63,002 nt of DNA, filler included, from Welwitschia mirabilis (GCA_051453625.1; 3 parts of one record of this genome joined end to end with filler, not necessarily neighbours in it), one strand, 5' to 3'; shown: positions 24,101 to 37,805, numbered from the whole stretch's first letter. Notes: generated by a model not told the origin, from the sequence alone. Translations and numbers: made by a program.

Positions 24101-26074
24101 ACAAAAGTAATGAAATATACAACACCTCCTAGCGAGGTATATCCAATGGAGCCAACCAAATCAAAATGAATTAATTCTAATCTATGTTGTTTTGAATGCT
24201 TACTATTTCTTCCAAAATTCACTCTCTTACTTTTAAAAATCACACAATCTAAACAGAAATTATAAGAGACAGAAAATATGGGTAGTAAACCTTTAGAAAC
24301 TAAGTCCTTGCAGACTTGTTTCACTCAAATGCCCAAGACGCTTGGGCCAAGTACTTGCTGCAACTTCTTCATTGATAACATAAATGGTACCTTCTCAGCT
24401 CCCACAGGCAATCATCAATGCTCATCTGCTTATTTTCCAAGAACTACTTCAAACATGGTTATAAAACCACTATCAGAAATTGACCAACTGATTTTGGATT
24501 CCTTGGCAAACCTAGAGCATGTTTGACATTGGTCAAAATATAGGTTAGTTGTTCTGCTTCTTCAAGACAACCATTCCTTTGCCTTGATCTAATATCTGCA
24601 ATCATCTCCTAACCAAACACATAAACCATCCATGAGAAGTTCATAAGAAAAGAAAAATGCTTTACTAGGGCATACATGCAATCACGCACTGGTATCAATT
24701 ATCCACACTTCAAGAACTAAATATGCGAAGACATTAACGTCTCCTCCCTCTGTTAAAAAGCAGCATCAGCTTCACCATCTTAAAGTGGGGTAGAATTGGA
24801 AGTATCATCCTTTTTGTCCCTCTGCTTACACTTTTTTTTAAGAATCCAGCAATATCTTATCATATGTCCTTTCTTCATCCAATAGTAGCAAACAATGTCC
24901 CTGCTTTGGGATTTAGCTTTGCTCTTACCTTTTCCATGTCCTCCCCTACATTGAAAATATCCTCTCTTTATTGTCAGAGCTTCTCAATGCTAGAGGAACC
25001 AAATGAATTCTACTTTTCTATATCCAACAGCATTGCAACAAGTTCCTCAAGCTTCAAATTATTCCTAGCAGCAGGCGTAAGAATCGGAGTTACAAGATTC
25101 AACCAGCTCTAAGCCAATGAAATCAGTATTGTTGTAATGCACATCTCCTTCATAAATGTGATGCCAAGATCATCGATTTGCAAGAGTATGTTTTGCATCT
25201 CCTCCACATGACTCAAAAATTTTGCTCCCTCTTTCATCTTTGTAGTATAAACTTAGCTAAGGAGCACATACCTATTTATCATAGATGGCTAATCGTATTG
25301 GTCTTTCAACTTTTGCCATAGTTCTTGTGCAATCTGAACTCTATAATAAGTCTTCAAAATGTTATTGCTGAGACAAGGGTGAATGAAAGAAAGGGCATTG
25401 GAATTTAACTCGTCCAATTTGGCATGTTACGTGAAGGACAACCAAGCAATATCATCCATCTTTAGATCTACCTTCATTTGTGCTTTTGTCTTCAAAATAA
25501 TTTTACATCCTTTTTGTTGTTGAGTGTCTTCCATCAAGATTTTCCAAGACCCCCAATTTTTTGGGCCTATAAGTTGGTATGTTGTTTGCAGACACTCCAT
25601 TTCAAAACCCTAGCACCGTAGAAGTGCAGAACACATGCATCCAAACTGTACGAATGGCCAAAATTGTATGGAAATGTACACCTTTGAACCTCGCTTTGAT
25701 ACCACTTACTGTAGACTTATCACCAAGAATTCACTAAAACAAAACAAAAGAACAAGCAAAAGAAAGAAACAACACACAAATGTAAATGGTTCGGGCCCTT
25801 TTTACCTTATGTCCACTAGAAGCAATGCAGAGCTCTATTGATAGTTTAGGAGCAACATGTCAAGATACCTATAAACAACCCTCATACATGTTTAAATAAG
25901 CTTAGGATTAGGGTTTCAAGCCAAACTTATCGTTTATCCTTTTTCCCTCTATTTTAATAAGTTACCCCATGAAGTTAAAGTCCTAACTCCCGTTTTACAA
26001 TCTTAAAAGGGGGGTCAATGTTAGAACATAATATTACAACGTAAGATAACAAATTTGGCTTCATGTATCAATCA
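21164..26074 (-). mobile_element. Full-structure degenerate Ty1/copia element (Tork/Tnt1-like)
   Basis: LTRs 21164-21532 and 25707-26074, PBS TGGTATCAAAGC (25704-25693), PPT AAGTGGGAAAG, TSD ACCTC/TCCTC. Integrase LIHFDLVG..YFITFVEDFSRK, RT LEHLDIKTTFLH, HWEAVKWILRYLKGT, RNase H ALSTIEAEYMA. Confidence 0.92.
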
Positions 26075-26659
26075 TCCTCTCCCTATGGTGACCACTCCAT
26101 TCTCCGAAGCATGTGGTCGTCTCCATCCTCCTCCACCTTCTCCCTTAGCTAAATCCTACCTCTTCTTTCCCTCCTTTCTTTTTCCCTTTTCTCTCCTCTC
26201 CGCCTTCCCTCACCTTCTTCTCCCTCCCTTCAACGCATAGAACATGGAAGATAGGGTCCCTTCTAATCCCTTCCACCTGAATTCCACACTCAAGGCATGG
26301 AAGGCACCATAACCTTCCCCCCTCTTCTTTAGTTTCCGGCTTTCCCTGATCTCTTTTCTGGCAATTTCTTAAAGATACCTGTAACCCTAAGCACTGGAAA
26401 AAGATTTTAAAATTTTTTGAAAAAAGTAAGTGTGGGATAGTATGATAAAGGCTTGGTTGCCCACCTTCTTTACCATGAAAAACAACTAAGGGCCAAGAAA
26501 ACTGATAGATGGAAGAAAGGTAATCACATTTTAAAGTATAGTTCCTTTTTAATTTCATGCTTTCCTTCTCTTCTTAAACAATTAACTTGTGAATACATTG
26601 AAAATGAGATTCTTTTTCTTTAGTAGATCTTATGTAATTCTCTTTCCAAAGTTTGCCAT

Positions 26660-27050
26660 GGTTAGAACTTAGAACAGGTATGCTTTGATACCTTATTGAA
26701 AATAAATGCAGTAAGTTTAGCTATTTCGTGAATAGTAGAAGAAAAAGGGAAGGAACAAAACTTTTTAATGTTTTCCAAATATTATTAAATAGTTGATAAA
26801 TGAAATATTATTATAAATAATTGATTTGTCACATAAATATAACAAAACAATGAATGATATGATGTTGTCTTTAGGCAGTGGTTCATTCTTAGACTTTGGC
26901 TTTTGTAACTTCAAACTTTTCATCACACTTCATCTAACTCAATGAAATGTTTTTTGCGCAACTCTCCTTTGGAATGAATGTTCTTCATTTATATTGTGTT
27001 TCACTTAGCACAAAGGATTATGTTTTTCGATTGTGGAGTGAAACAGGTCA
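26660..27050. repeat. AT-rich dispersed repeat, partial copy
   Basis: Aligns by eye with 29120-29520 in direct orientation. Confidence 0.7.
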
Positions 27051-27057
27051 ACCCATG

Positions 27058-27583
27058 TTTATACATGGAAAATGATAGTTTAGTAGATAGAACAAAATAG
27101 TCTAGTAAATAGAAAAGGATAGTTTAACAGAAGATTCACTTTTTTAAAACAATCTCAAAAATTGCTAATGACTATCTGCTTAAGATAAACTCTACATTCG
27201 AAATGTTATATGTAATGTAAAAATACATGGGCACATGTAAATACTTTATAGAAGATTAGCTTTTTTAAAAAAATCCCAAAAATTATTAATGATTGTCTAC
27301 TTAAAATAAACTTTACATTTGAAATGTCATATGTAATGTAAAGATGCATGGACACATGTAGCTACATAATATTTTAAAGATTTTCATCGTGATTATAGAA
27401 ATAAAAATATATTCCATAGACCTTAACATTTTACACTTGTGAGTTATAAGGTTTTGAAAATTTAAGATTGCCTATCTAGTTTAAAATAAAATGTAAATTG
27501 TTCAAAAATCTTATCATATTGTTTATGATAGAAACTTTTTTTTGGATCCTATAGTTCCAATTTATAAAAGCATTACTCTTTTA
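27058..27583. repeat. AT-rich dispersed repeat with an internal ~120 bp duplication
   Basis: Nearly identical to 51651-52075, with a more diverged copy at 50660-51005. Confidence 0.85.
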
Positions 27584-27584
27584 G

Positions 27585-27660
27585 GGTGTGAAGCTTATAT
27601 GCATATCCAAAAGGAAAACAGAACTAAACTGCAGGAAAGGGCCAAACGATGCATATTTGT
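27585..27660 (+). pseudogene. Copia post-integrase (SH3-like) fragment at a contig end
   Basis: Translates GCEAYMHIQKENRTKLQERAKRCIF. Confidence 0.75.
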
Positions 27661-27704
27661 NNNNNNNNNNNNNNNNNNNNNNNNNNNNNNNNNNNNNNNN
27701 NNNN

Positions 27705-27716
27705 TTAATTAATTAA
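27705..27716. other. Artificial scaffolding linker
   Basis: 44 N + TTAATTAATTAA + 44 N, which puts stops in all six frames. Repeated at 52120-52131. Confidence 0.9.
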
Positions 27717-27760
27717 NNNNNNNNNNNNNNNNNNNNNNNNNNNNNNNNNNNNNNNNNNNN

Positions 27761-27837
27761 CCCACTCGACTCGCGAGTTCAAAAAAACTCGGGACTCGGA
27801 GAGTACTCGCCAAGACTCGGAGAGTCTTGCAACACTA
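27761..27837 (-). mobile_element. Partial hAT MITE, same family as 20413-20701, cut by gap
   Basis: Reverse complement of that element's left end, finishing AGTCTTGCAACACTA. Confidence 0.8.
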
Positions 27838-29119
27838 TTTATCAATTTGTCAGAGGATATGCTTAACCAAAATAGAAGGTGCATTTTTGCTACTTTATCT
27901 GGAATTGGAATTTGGCAAAAATGATCGAGGCCAATCTGCCTAGCCTTTACTATATATTCCTGCATCACTAGAATGTGGCATGCTAGGCATTTAGTGAAAT
28001 TGAAATTTCAGAAAGAATGAATTTCTCCTAAAGCTTTGATTATGTCACTGTACACTTTAACTAGTTCAAAAAATTCTACATCTCCCTGCTCTAAAGTATC
28101 GCCTCTAACTGAACTGCCACCAATTTCAATAACAAGATGGCACATAAAGCGAACAAAGAGGAAGAAGGGGATAAAGAATGTGAAGAAGAGCACCATTCTT
28201 CATCAAATGCTGGAAAATTGCAGCAAGTAATTAGAAACATACTTGTAGGATATTGTAGGACACCGAAGGATGAGAAGCATGAGCACTTTAAGTTGCAAAG
28301 CTCTCTCTCATAGCATCAAAAGGGTAAAATGAGTGTTTCCTATGGCCTTTTCGTAGATTTGCCACACGGGTTTTAAACAATTTTCGAATTTTCATTTAAT
28401 TTAGCCTTTATTAAATTTCAGAAGCTTATACATTGCCAATTTCGGTGAAGCATGCTACATAATTTTTGGAAAATGTGGATCAACAATACACATCCAAATT
28501 ATTTATTGCAGAAAAGACAAATGGAATGATGTCAACACTATTTTGTCAAGGATGCTTCAAGAAGTGCGGAGGAGAAAAGAAGGTCTCCATATTTTGTTGT
28601 GGAGGAAATCGTGACTTTGTATTCCCTTTCTCCCTCTAGATGTAACACTTCAACAGCTCTTTCTCGATCCCGTTGATCTTTGTCTCGTTGCTCCTACTTT
28701 CTCCCCTCAGTTTCCTCAAACCAAGATTGTAAGACATCAATCTTCAATAAGGCCATCTTCAACTTCTAACGAAACACAAATCATGAAACAGTGTACAAAC
28801 TGATTTCTCTTAGGATTAGCTACTTCAATTTCTATAGATTTTTGGAACCTTGACACTAGATGAAATGAACTCACTTCCTTCCTTCTTGTACTTTTTCAAC
28901 ATCAAACGAATCATTATGATATGAGTTCAAATCATAATTTCCATCATAACTTCCATCATAACTAAAGTTGGTTACCATTGGTTAACAAAACAAACACATT
29001 TTTTCACTTCATTTCTAGTCACAACTGACTATTGTAACTCCTATTATGGGTTTCGTTAACAAACTTCACTTTTGCTACAACTTTATGTTTTATGAGGAAA
29101 CCATCGACTCTAATACCCT

Positions 29120-30600
29120 GTTAAAATTTAGAATAGGTAGGCTTTGATAGCTTGCTAGAAATAAATGAGGAAGTTTAATTGTTTCATGAATAGCAAAAGA
29201 AAAAGTAAAGAATCCAAACTTTTTGATATGGTCCAAATATTATTAAATAATTAATAATGAAACATTGTTACAAATAGTTGTTTTGCCACAAGAATATAAG
29301 TACATAATATTATGTTGCCTTCAGGTAGGTGACTCATTCACAAACCACCTACTTGGACTTAGGCTTCTATAACTTCAAGTGGTTGATCACACTTACATCT
29401 CACTCAACGAAATGTCCGTTGTCCAAGCTTATCATTTGCAATGAATATTCTTTATTTATATTGTACTTTAGCAAGCAAGAAGGATTGGCTCTTTTGGTTT
29501 TGGAACAAAACATGTCGATTTGTGTTTTGTCTACCAAGTTAACAATTGCTAAATCAATTAAGTTAAGTTGCTAACAGTCATAACATATGAGGAAGCAAAC
29601 GATAAAAGATATATTTCACTTTTCACCCACCTTAAGACCAATACTATTGTTTAGCTAGATGTTCAACATTATCCAACTTGTCTCTAATTAGCCATGTCGA
29701 AAAAAGGAAATAGTACAAGAGACATGATATGAGAACATATGCTTAATGCTAAACATACGATATTTATCCATATCACGAAAATGAAGAGTAGGTTAAAAAC
29801 GACATGCAACACACAAAGGTTACTATCAATGATCGAAGACAGAGACTTGCAAAAGAAGAAGCCAACACCAAACAATGTAGTTCCATCACTGACATTCAGT
29901 AATTATGGATGAGGCAAGCCCAGAAAGAAGAAATGCATCAGAGTATATGAATAAGGGTCATAATAGTTTTCATCGGGATTGGATTACTATCCCACACGAT
30001 TGTCATTTTGTAACTTATTATTCAATATCATCATGATTAGACACATTCTGATTCCCTTTTAGGCTTATGTAGTAAAGACTTGAAATTAAATAATGAAAAG
30101 CCCTATTTTCATTTAATCTAATGCATTTTGGTTTTTCATCTATTATTTCTTTTTGATAATGAATAACAAGCAATAGATGTTCTACCCTCATCTTAATACA
30201 TCAAACAACCTTTCTGATACCATGTGACAAGTTTTGACATTTTAGAAATTATATGAATATAGTGGAATTTTTCGAAGATGTATTAGAACGTATAGAAGCA
30301 TGTCAAAGTCCAATTAATCTTTAAAAAAATTCATTTTCCTAATTTTTCCTTTTTTCCTTTATCAACTCATTAATTTTTTTCCTTTCCTATTTGATCTAAT
30401 CTTTTACCACACAATTATAAGTCTCAATGTAGAACCAGTCTTGAATACCCTCCTGCAATTCTTTTAATCATTTGTAAAACACAATTATTTTAGAAACCCT
30501 TTGGAAAGAAACTCTTCTTGAATATTTTTCGAACAAAGTTTCATTAAAGAGTTTGAAAAGATGGTTAGCAATTTTAAAATATAAAAGGACAAGTTAATAA
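29120..30600. repeat. ~1.4 kb AT-rich dispersed repeat
   Basis: Reverse-complement match to ~55280-56730, e.g. TAGATGTTCTACCCTCATCTTAA versus TTAAGATGAGGGTAGAACATCTA. Confidence 0.85.
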
Positions 30601-31886
30601 GGGAACTTCAAACTATCTCAACGTGCACAGGAGTACAAAAATCTAGCTATGATATTTTGTCATTCTCTGCCATTCAAAAAGGTAATTAGGTAAGCTAGAA
30701 AACTGATGTCTCTTTGCTTTTTCATTTTGCTAAATGATATCAATACTTCATGTTTTCTCAGTGCATGTCTTTTTTAAAGAAATACCTTTTGGAATCCTAG
30801 TAGCAAATAAGAAATAAGAAAACTGATAGGATGCAATAGAAAGAAATGTTGAAGAAAATGCAAACAGATGAACTAGAATCATATGAAGGCTGTGATTAAG
30901 TAATTAAAAAAGTAAATATTTAAGTGAGACTACAATGTATCAAACACTTACTAGGTGGATGCTTGGATGAATGCTTCAAGAAATCATAACTTTCACACTT
31001 AAACATCACATTAATCCTATGTATAACCATAATGTGAAAGGTTGTGACCTGTAATATAATAGTTACATTTCTTTAATAAGTAATAATTCCAATGTTTAGT
31101 TAAATTCATATTATTCTAGTTGATCCACATTATGTATCATTAATCATCTCATAGTTATCATTAATAAATAGAAGATTACTAAACAATCATCTTCTAGCAA
31201 TAAACACTTTTTAATCCATATGACGTGTCTACAAGTACATTACTTCTATGTTGTAGCTTTAGTGGTAAGGCATGGGTTTCATTCCCAACAAGTTGCAGGC
31301 TTGAGGTTCCCTTCAGTGAATGCTTGAGACATTTGTTCCCTTCCTATAATAGCTAAAGAGGGATTTGTGACATAGTTATTAGGCACCTAACCTAAGATTC
31401 CCTATTCCTTTGGGTCAAGGATGGTCATCACAAATGCTATTAGTGTAGCTAATGCTCACAAGCCACAATCATTAACGACCACTGTAAGGATTGAAGCTTC
31501 CCATAAGTGCTTCCCCTTGCTAGAGTGATATCTAGTGTAAACTTGATGGTTTTGATATGACAAGAGTCATCCCCCTTTAGACCCTTATAATGCAAGGCTC
31601 TTAAGAGTAAGCAAAGGGCTGGTTGGTGGATTGCTCCACAATGATATGCTACCATCTCTCACATATTAAAGTAATGCTTATAATTCTCTTTCTAATCCAT
31701 CTAGATGTGTGCATGTGTGCATTTGATGGTTCTGTTGAATTGTGTTTAACTATTGCTATTCCTCTTATTTTATATTGATTTTGCTATGCATGTCTTATGC
31801 ATTGTGCTTTTTTCTTTTTAGTTGCCTTGCTTAGTTTGTACAACAAGCAGCAAGATAGTGAATTGATAGACAATGCCATGTCTAGG

Positions 31887-32396
31887 CATAGTTGTGAAAT
31901 GGGGATCCGAATTGTGATCCAAGACAATTTGAATCTCGATTCACGAAAAAATGCTCCAAAATAGTTCTAGATCATGATTCCCTCTGGATCTTGATTTCGA
32001 GTGATCTGCTCTAGAGCAATCTAGAGCTATCCACAGCGATTTGAAAACCTCTACTGAGATCCAAAGAAATTCACAAAGATTCAAAGAAATCTGTAAAGAA
32101 TATAAAAGGTTGGCTATTTTTGAGGTTAAAACCGACATGCATGTAATATCTTGATCATTTTGACACTCTCAATTAGCAGTAAACTAAAAAATAAGTAGCA
32201 AGACATTTTAAAAGTTCTAATTTTTTATTTCAATTAAAGATTAATTTAATTCCATTGACTTTTAAATTTAGCTCTAAGGTCTTTCCATGTTTACAATCCA
32301 CAACAATCCGCAAAACACTCCACAGTGGTCTAGTGTTTCAGAATCTCCAAATAAAAAAAAAACAATTTGTGATCCAATCTGCATTTTATGACTATG
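31887..32396. mobile_element. hAT-family MITE (510 bp), second family
   Basis: Imperfect TIR CATAGTTGTGAAATG / CATTTTATGACTATG, 8-bp TSD TGTCTAGG / TGCCTAGG, and GATCC/GAATC subterminal motifs. Confidence 0.8.
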
Positions 32397-33240
32397 TGCC
32401 TAGGTGAGTTGAGCTTGTTGGATCATTGCTAATAAAATCCTTCAATAATGAGGCTGGCTTGATGTTGGCCTTGTAGTTCATCAACCCTTACTAGCCATGA
32501 CAAACAACATTTTGGTATCCAAGAAGGTTTGCATCATGCGGAGGTTGAAGAACTCTTTATCTTGCTACTGTATACCAATTGCAAATGTGGTGGTGTTTCC
32601 TTGTAAAATTCCTAAAGTGTGAGATGACCTGCACAAGAAATAATAAAGCAAAGGCTTATGTTGGCAGAGCCAGAGGTGAAGACTCCAAAGTTTCACCCTC
32701 CAATGATTCAATGGAAACCAGAAATCTATAGTGGCAACACAAATGGGGTACTATGATGAAAAAGGAATGGGATGATCTAAGTTGGAGAGAATGACTATCG
32801 TTTTCTTCACCCATTAATAGCCAGGAATGCATCCAATAAAGCCAAAAAACTATTGTAAATGTTACAACACACAAGAAAGTTGGAAGACTATATACATTTG
32901 AAGTTTTCAATCTTTTGTCTTGCTAGAGGAAAACATGAATACATTAAGTAAATCAATTACTTTATGAAGAACTTGTAGCCATGGGCATGGTGTGAAGTTG
33001 AATGCACACTAATTCAAATGAGATAGCTTTGATTTTGGTAGCAACCAAAAAGCTAGCTAACAATTATTCTACTATCAATAAGAGAAAGTGTGTGGCAAAC
33101 AGAAGTCTAGAACTGTTGTCTAGGGTTTGCATTTATTTACCAAGCATTAGAATAGTTTGAATGTTATACATAGGTTTAGAATCACTCAATGAGGACTCGA
33201 TGGCCCTTAGAAAGCAAAAACACTTTGGGAACAATTAGAG

Positions 33241-36200
33241 TATTGGAATGTGAAGCCAAATGTATTCCTTTGTAACGTCCCTAACGTTATGGTTTTACAT
33301 TGGCCCCACTTTAATATTGTAAAAGGATGTTTTTATTTTAAAACCATGCTTGGGGGTGTTAGGTGCAGATGGGATGTGTGTCAAGAGAGGGATGATACCT
33401 TCTTTAGGGTTTTAGCTTGTAGCCTTAATTGGCTATAACCCTTGGCCTATTTAAAAGTGGTGTGACGGTTCTTTGATAATAGAGTTTATAGAGTTTTGTC
33501 AGAGACCCTTGCCTGAAGCCTATTGTTAACTTGAAGCCTATTCTTGGCTTGCAATTTCTGAGGTTGATAATAGAGCTCTACATTGCTTTCCTGTGGTTTT
33601 TTCCCTCATCGTGGTTTTCCACAAAAATTGTTGTGCCTCTGTTTTCTCTTGCTGCATTGTTTAATCGCCTTGCTATTGTGTAATTTCATAACACTTGGTA
33701 TGAGAGCACTAGGTTTTGGACCTCACACGCTTTGGTGATAAGCTTTGTGTCCATAACCCTGTGAGCGGAGCTAAGCAGAGTGAGCATTGCACACGCGCAG
33801 GCGTCCGTACAATGCGTTTGGCACTGTCTGAACAGCCATATAGTTAAACAACGATGGAGCATTTGCAAACTAGTGACCGACTAGTCTGCGCTAGGAACTG
33901 GGGCATATGGAAGATTCTAATGGAAGACATTTGTTGCCAGAAAGATTATGATATTGTTCTAAAGACGGAAGCAAATGTAAAGGCAGCATCTGGACTCTCC
34001 AAGGAAAAATAGATGAAGAAGTACCCCAATGAAGAATGGAAGAAACTTGACAAAAGGACAATTTCTTTAATTTAGCCATGCCTTCGCAACGAGATTCTTT
34101 AATCCCATAGAAGATTTCTACAACAGCCAAACTATGGCAGATTCTAATGCAGAGGTATGAGCCTACCTGCATAAACTAGTTTTATACTGTCAACAAGGTC
34201 TTAAAATGAAGACGAAAGAAGGTGCATCGTTGCAAGCACACCTAGACGAGATGAATCGGTTGTTCATAGTTCATATAGTTGGATGACCTAAGGGTAATGT
34301 TTGAAGAAAACCTAAGGGTAATAGCGGTTTTCAATTCCTTGCCTGATTCATGGAAGAATGTTTGCACTACCCTAATGACGGCCTTAGATACTATGTCACA
34401 CCTGAATATTGTCATTTCAAAACACCTCGATGCATACAAGACTAGGTTGTTAAGTCTATTGGAAAGGCCTCTGTTGTTCATAGAGGACGTTCTCAGACCA
34501 AAGGAGGAGGACATTGGTAAAGCAAGAATAGAGGAAGATCTATCAACAGAAGCATTGAATGTTGACACCGCAAGAAGAACGGCCATTTACAAAAGGACTG
34601 CTAAAGCTTGAACAACAAGCGCAAACAGAAGGAAGGAGGTGACCAGCAAAACCAGGAAGGATGCAGAAGGAGATGTTGATGTTGCGCTAACTATAGATGC
34701 ACCAGAGGTAAACATATCCCAATACTCTTGCCCTAGTATTTGGATTCTGGATTTTGATGCTTCTTTTCATGTCTGCCGAGATGTTTCCATGTTTTCTTCA
34801 CATAACAAAGTTTCACAAAAGTATGTGTATCTAGGGGATGATCGACGTTGCGAGATCAAAGGAATTGGAATTGGATTTGTAATGCTGCAAAAAAGTGATG
34901 GCAGAAAACAATTTCTTCAGGATCTTAGACATGTGCCTCAACTTGCGAAAAGTTTAATTTTAACAAGTTAATTAGATGATGCTGGCTGTTCAGTTTTCTT
35001 TGGTGTCGGTCACTAGAAGGTAACGAAAGGTGTCATGGTTCTAGCACAAGGATAGAAAGAAGGAAGTTTGTACACTCTGCATGCTAATGTGGTGAAGCAC
35101 AGTGTTGTTGTTGCTGGTGATGAGAACGTGTCTCTTTGGCATAAGAGACTTGGACATCTAAGTGAAACAGGCATGAAGGTTCTTAGTTCTAAAAACCTAC
35201 TTCCAAAATTTGACTCTAGCTCTTTAGATTTTTGTAAGGATTGTGTTGTTGCAAAAGCAAAATGTGTAAACTTTAAGAAATCCATTTCTAGAACTAAAAG
35301 TGCTAGAAAATTAGATTTAGTTTACTCCGATGTTGTTGGGCCTATATCTGTGAAATCCTCTGGTGGAGCATGTTACGTTGTTACATTTATTAATGATTTT
35401 AGTCAAAAAACTTGGTTGTTTCTGATTCCCTCGAAAGAGAGTCTTTGATGTTTTCAAGCAATTTAAAGCTAAAGTTGAAAATGAATCAAGGTATAAAATT
35501 AAACACTTGGTAACAGATAATGGAGGTGATTACACCTCTCATGACTTTGATATGTTTTGCAGAGATAATGAAATTATCCACACAAAGACACCTCTATATG
35601 CACCCTAGAAGAATAGAGTGGCTAAAAGATACAATAGGACTATTTTAGAAAGATTGCATATATTGTTGTGATAATTTGGAGTTCCAAAACATCCTTGGGC
35701 TGAAGCAGCCAACACAGCTGCATATCTTCTAAACAGATCACCACATTCAGCACTTCAGGGAGGAACATCAAAGTTCGTTTGGAATAGGAAGAAGCCATCT
35801 TTCTCTCACTTGAAGGTGTTTGCCTGTGAAACGTATGTGCATTAGCAAAATGCAAGAAAACTAGATGGTCATGCACGTAGCTGCATTTTTCTGGGTTACA
35901 AAGGAGACAACCTTGGTTATAAGTTATGGGATCCAGTGGACAAGAAGGCGATCAAATCACGTGATTTACTCTTCTCTATAAGTCACTAGAAGAGAACCAG
36001 AATTAGGGAATTCCCGCCTCTAGCACTTTGCAAAAGCCTTTTAAAACTCCATATAACGATGATGATAGCAAAATGAGTACTTCCCCTTATGATGAGGATG
36101 ATGGAGATAAAAACAATCTACCTAAGTTGCAGCAACCTGATTTTTTAGAAGCTAAAAATGAAGGAGAGCCTCATACTCTTGCACATTGGGTGATAAGGTC

Positions 36201-37805
36201 TACTCATGCCAATAGACTACCTATTAGGTATTCTCCGTCATTGCATTATATTTTGTACATAGACAAAGAAGTGATGTAGATCACTGTATTTATCTCTGTG
36301 GACAGGCCTCTGGTAAGATTGTTATTTTATTACTATATGTTAATGATATGTTTGTAGCTGGAAATGACATACGGGAGATTAGGAGGCTAAAAGAGGGGGA
36401 TGGGAAAACACTTTGCAACCAAGGACTTGGGTTCTGCAACACAAATTCTTGGAGTGAAAATTTCCAAGGATAGATCATGTGGAAAATTGTGCCTTAGTCA
36501 GTCTGAATACATAAGCAAAATATTAAAGCATTTCAACAAAGCTGATTGTAAACCAATTTGAATACCATTAGCAAGCCATTTTGAATTCTCTTTAGAGGAT
36601 TGCCCAAAAACAGAAAAGAAATAGGAAAGAATAGAAACAGTTCCTTATGCTTCAGCTATTGCAAGCTTGATGTATGCTATGGTCTGTACAAGACCAAATA
36701 TTTCATCTGTAGTATGAGTTGTCTGATGTTTCATGAGCAACACTGGCCCAAAGCATTGGAAAGCTATAAAATGGATATTGCGCTATCTGAAAGATAGACA
36801 AGATTATTGTCTGAATTTTGGTCATACTACATTGGATGTTGTTGGTTATGTGGATGCTAATTATGCTCAGTGTAAAGATATCAGAAAATCCACTTCTGAT
36901 TATGCTTTCTTGATGGGAGGTGGTCCTGTTAGTTGGATGTCTCGTTTGCAAAGAGACGTGGCTTTGTTAACTACAGAAGCAAAGTACATAGCTATGACAG
37001 AGGCAACTAAAGAGTGATTTGGCTAAGACATTTGCTAGACTGGTTTGAATTGAAACAACAGCAATATGTGATTTATTGTGATGGTCAGAGTGTCATTCAT
37101 TTGGCAAAGAATGTTGCTTACCATGCGAGGTCAAAGCACATTGATGAGAGATATCACTTCATTAGGGAAGCAATGGAGGAAAAGTTGGACGTTCACAAAA
37201 CCCGCACTCAAGCGAATCTTGTAAATTTCTTAACCAAGGTTGTTACTAGAGATAAACATCAGCGATGCTATCATGGCATACACCTAGACACGTGATCTGA
37301 GCAAGCTAGAAAAGCAATGCATCCCTAAAGTTGCACTTGAAGATGCGCCAAATGTGTCTTCAAGTGGGAGAATATTGATATGTGAAACCAAATTTGTTCC
37401 TTTGTAATGTCCCTAACGTTATGTTTTTACGTTGGCCCCACTTTAATTTGTAAAAGGAGGTTTCTATTTTAAGACATCCTCAAGGGTGTTAAGTAAAGAT
37501 GGGACATGTGTTAAGAGAGGGATGATACCTTCTTTATAGTTTTGGCTTATAGCCCTAATTGGCTATAACCCTTGGCCTATTTACAGGTGGTATGAGGGTT
37601 GTTTGATAATAGAGTTTATAGAGTTCTATGAGGCATCCTTGTTTGAAGGTTGTTCTTGGCTTGTAATTTCTGAGATTGATAATAGAGCTCTGCATTGCTT
37701 TCTCATGGTTTTTCCCCTCATTGGGGTTTTCCACCTAAATCATTGTGTCTCTGTTTTCTCTTGCTGCATTGTTTAATTACTTTGTTGTTGTGTATTTTCG
37801 TAACA
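33241..37805 (+). mobile_element. Ty1/copia element with both LTRs and an internal RT deletion (Tork/Tnt1-like)
   Basis: LTRs 33241-33693 and 37373-37805, PBS TGGTATGAGAGC 33696-33707, PPT AAGTGGGAGAA. WILDFDASFHV protease, LWHKRLGHLSE, LVYSDVVGP, HWKAIKWILRYLK, YHARSKHIDERYHFIR. TSD decayed (TAGAG/CAGAT). Confidence 0.92.

Noticed and set aside
27705-27716. TTAATTAATTAA palindrome (also 52120-52131) as a biological motif
   Set aside because: Centred in exactly 44+44 N; an artificial six-frame-stop linker.
27850-28420. Possible Mutator-type N-terminal fragment (LVIEIGGSSVRG..EQGDVEFFE) on the minus strand
   Set aside because: Similarity too weak, and I found no paired TIR or 9-bp TSD.
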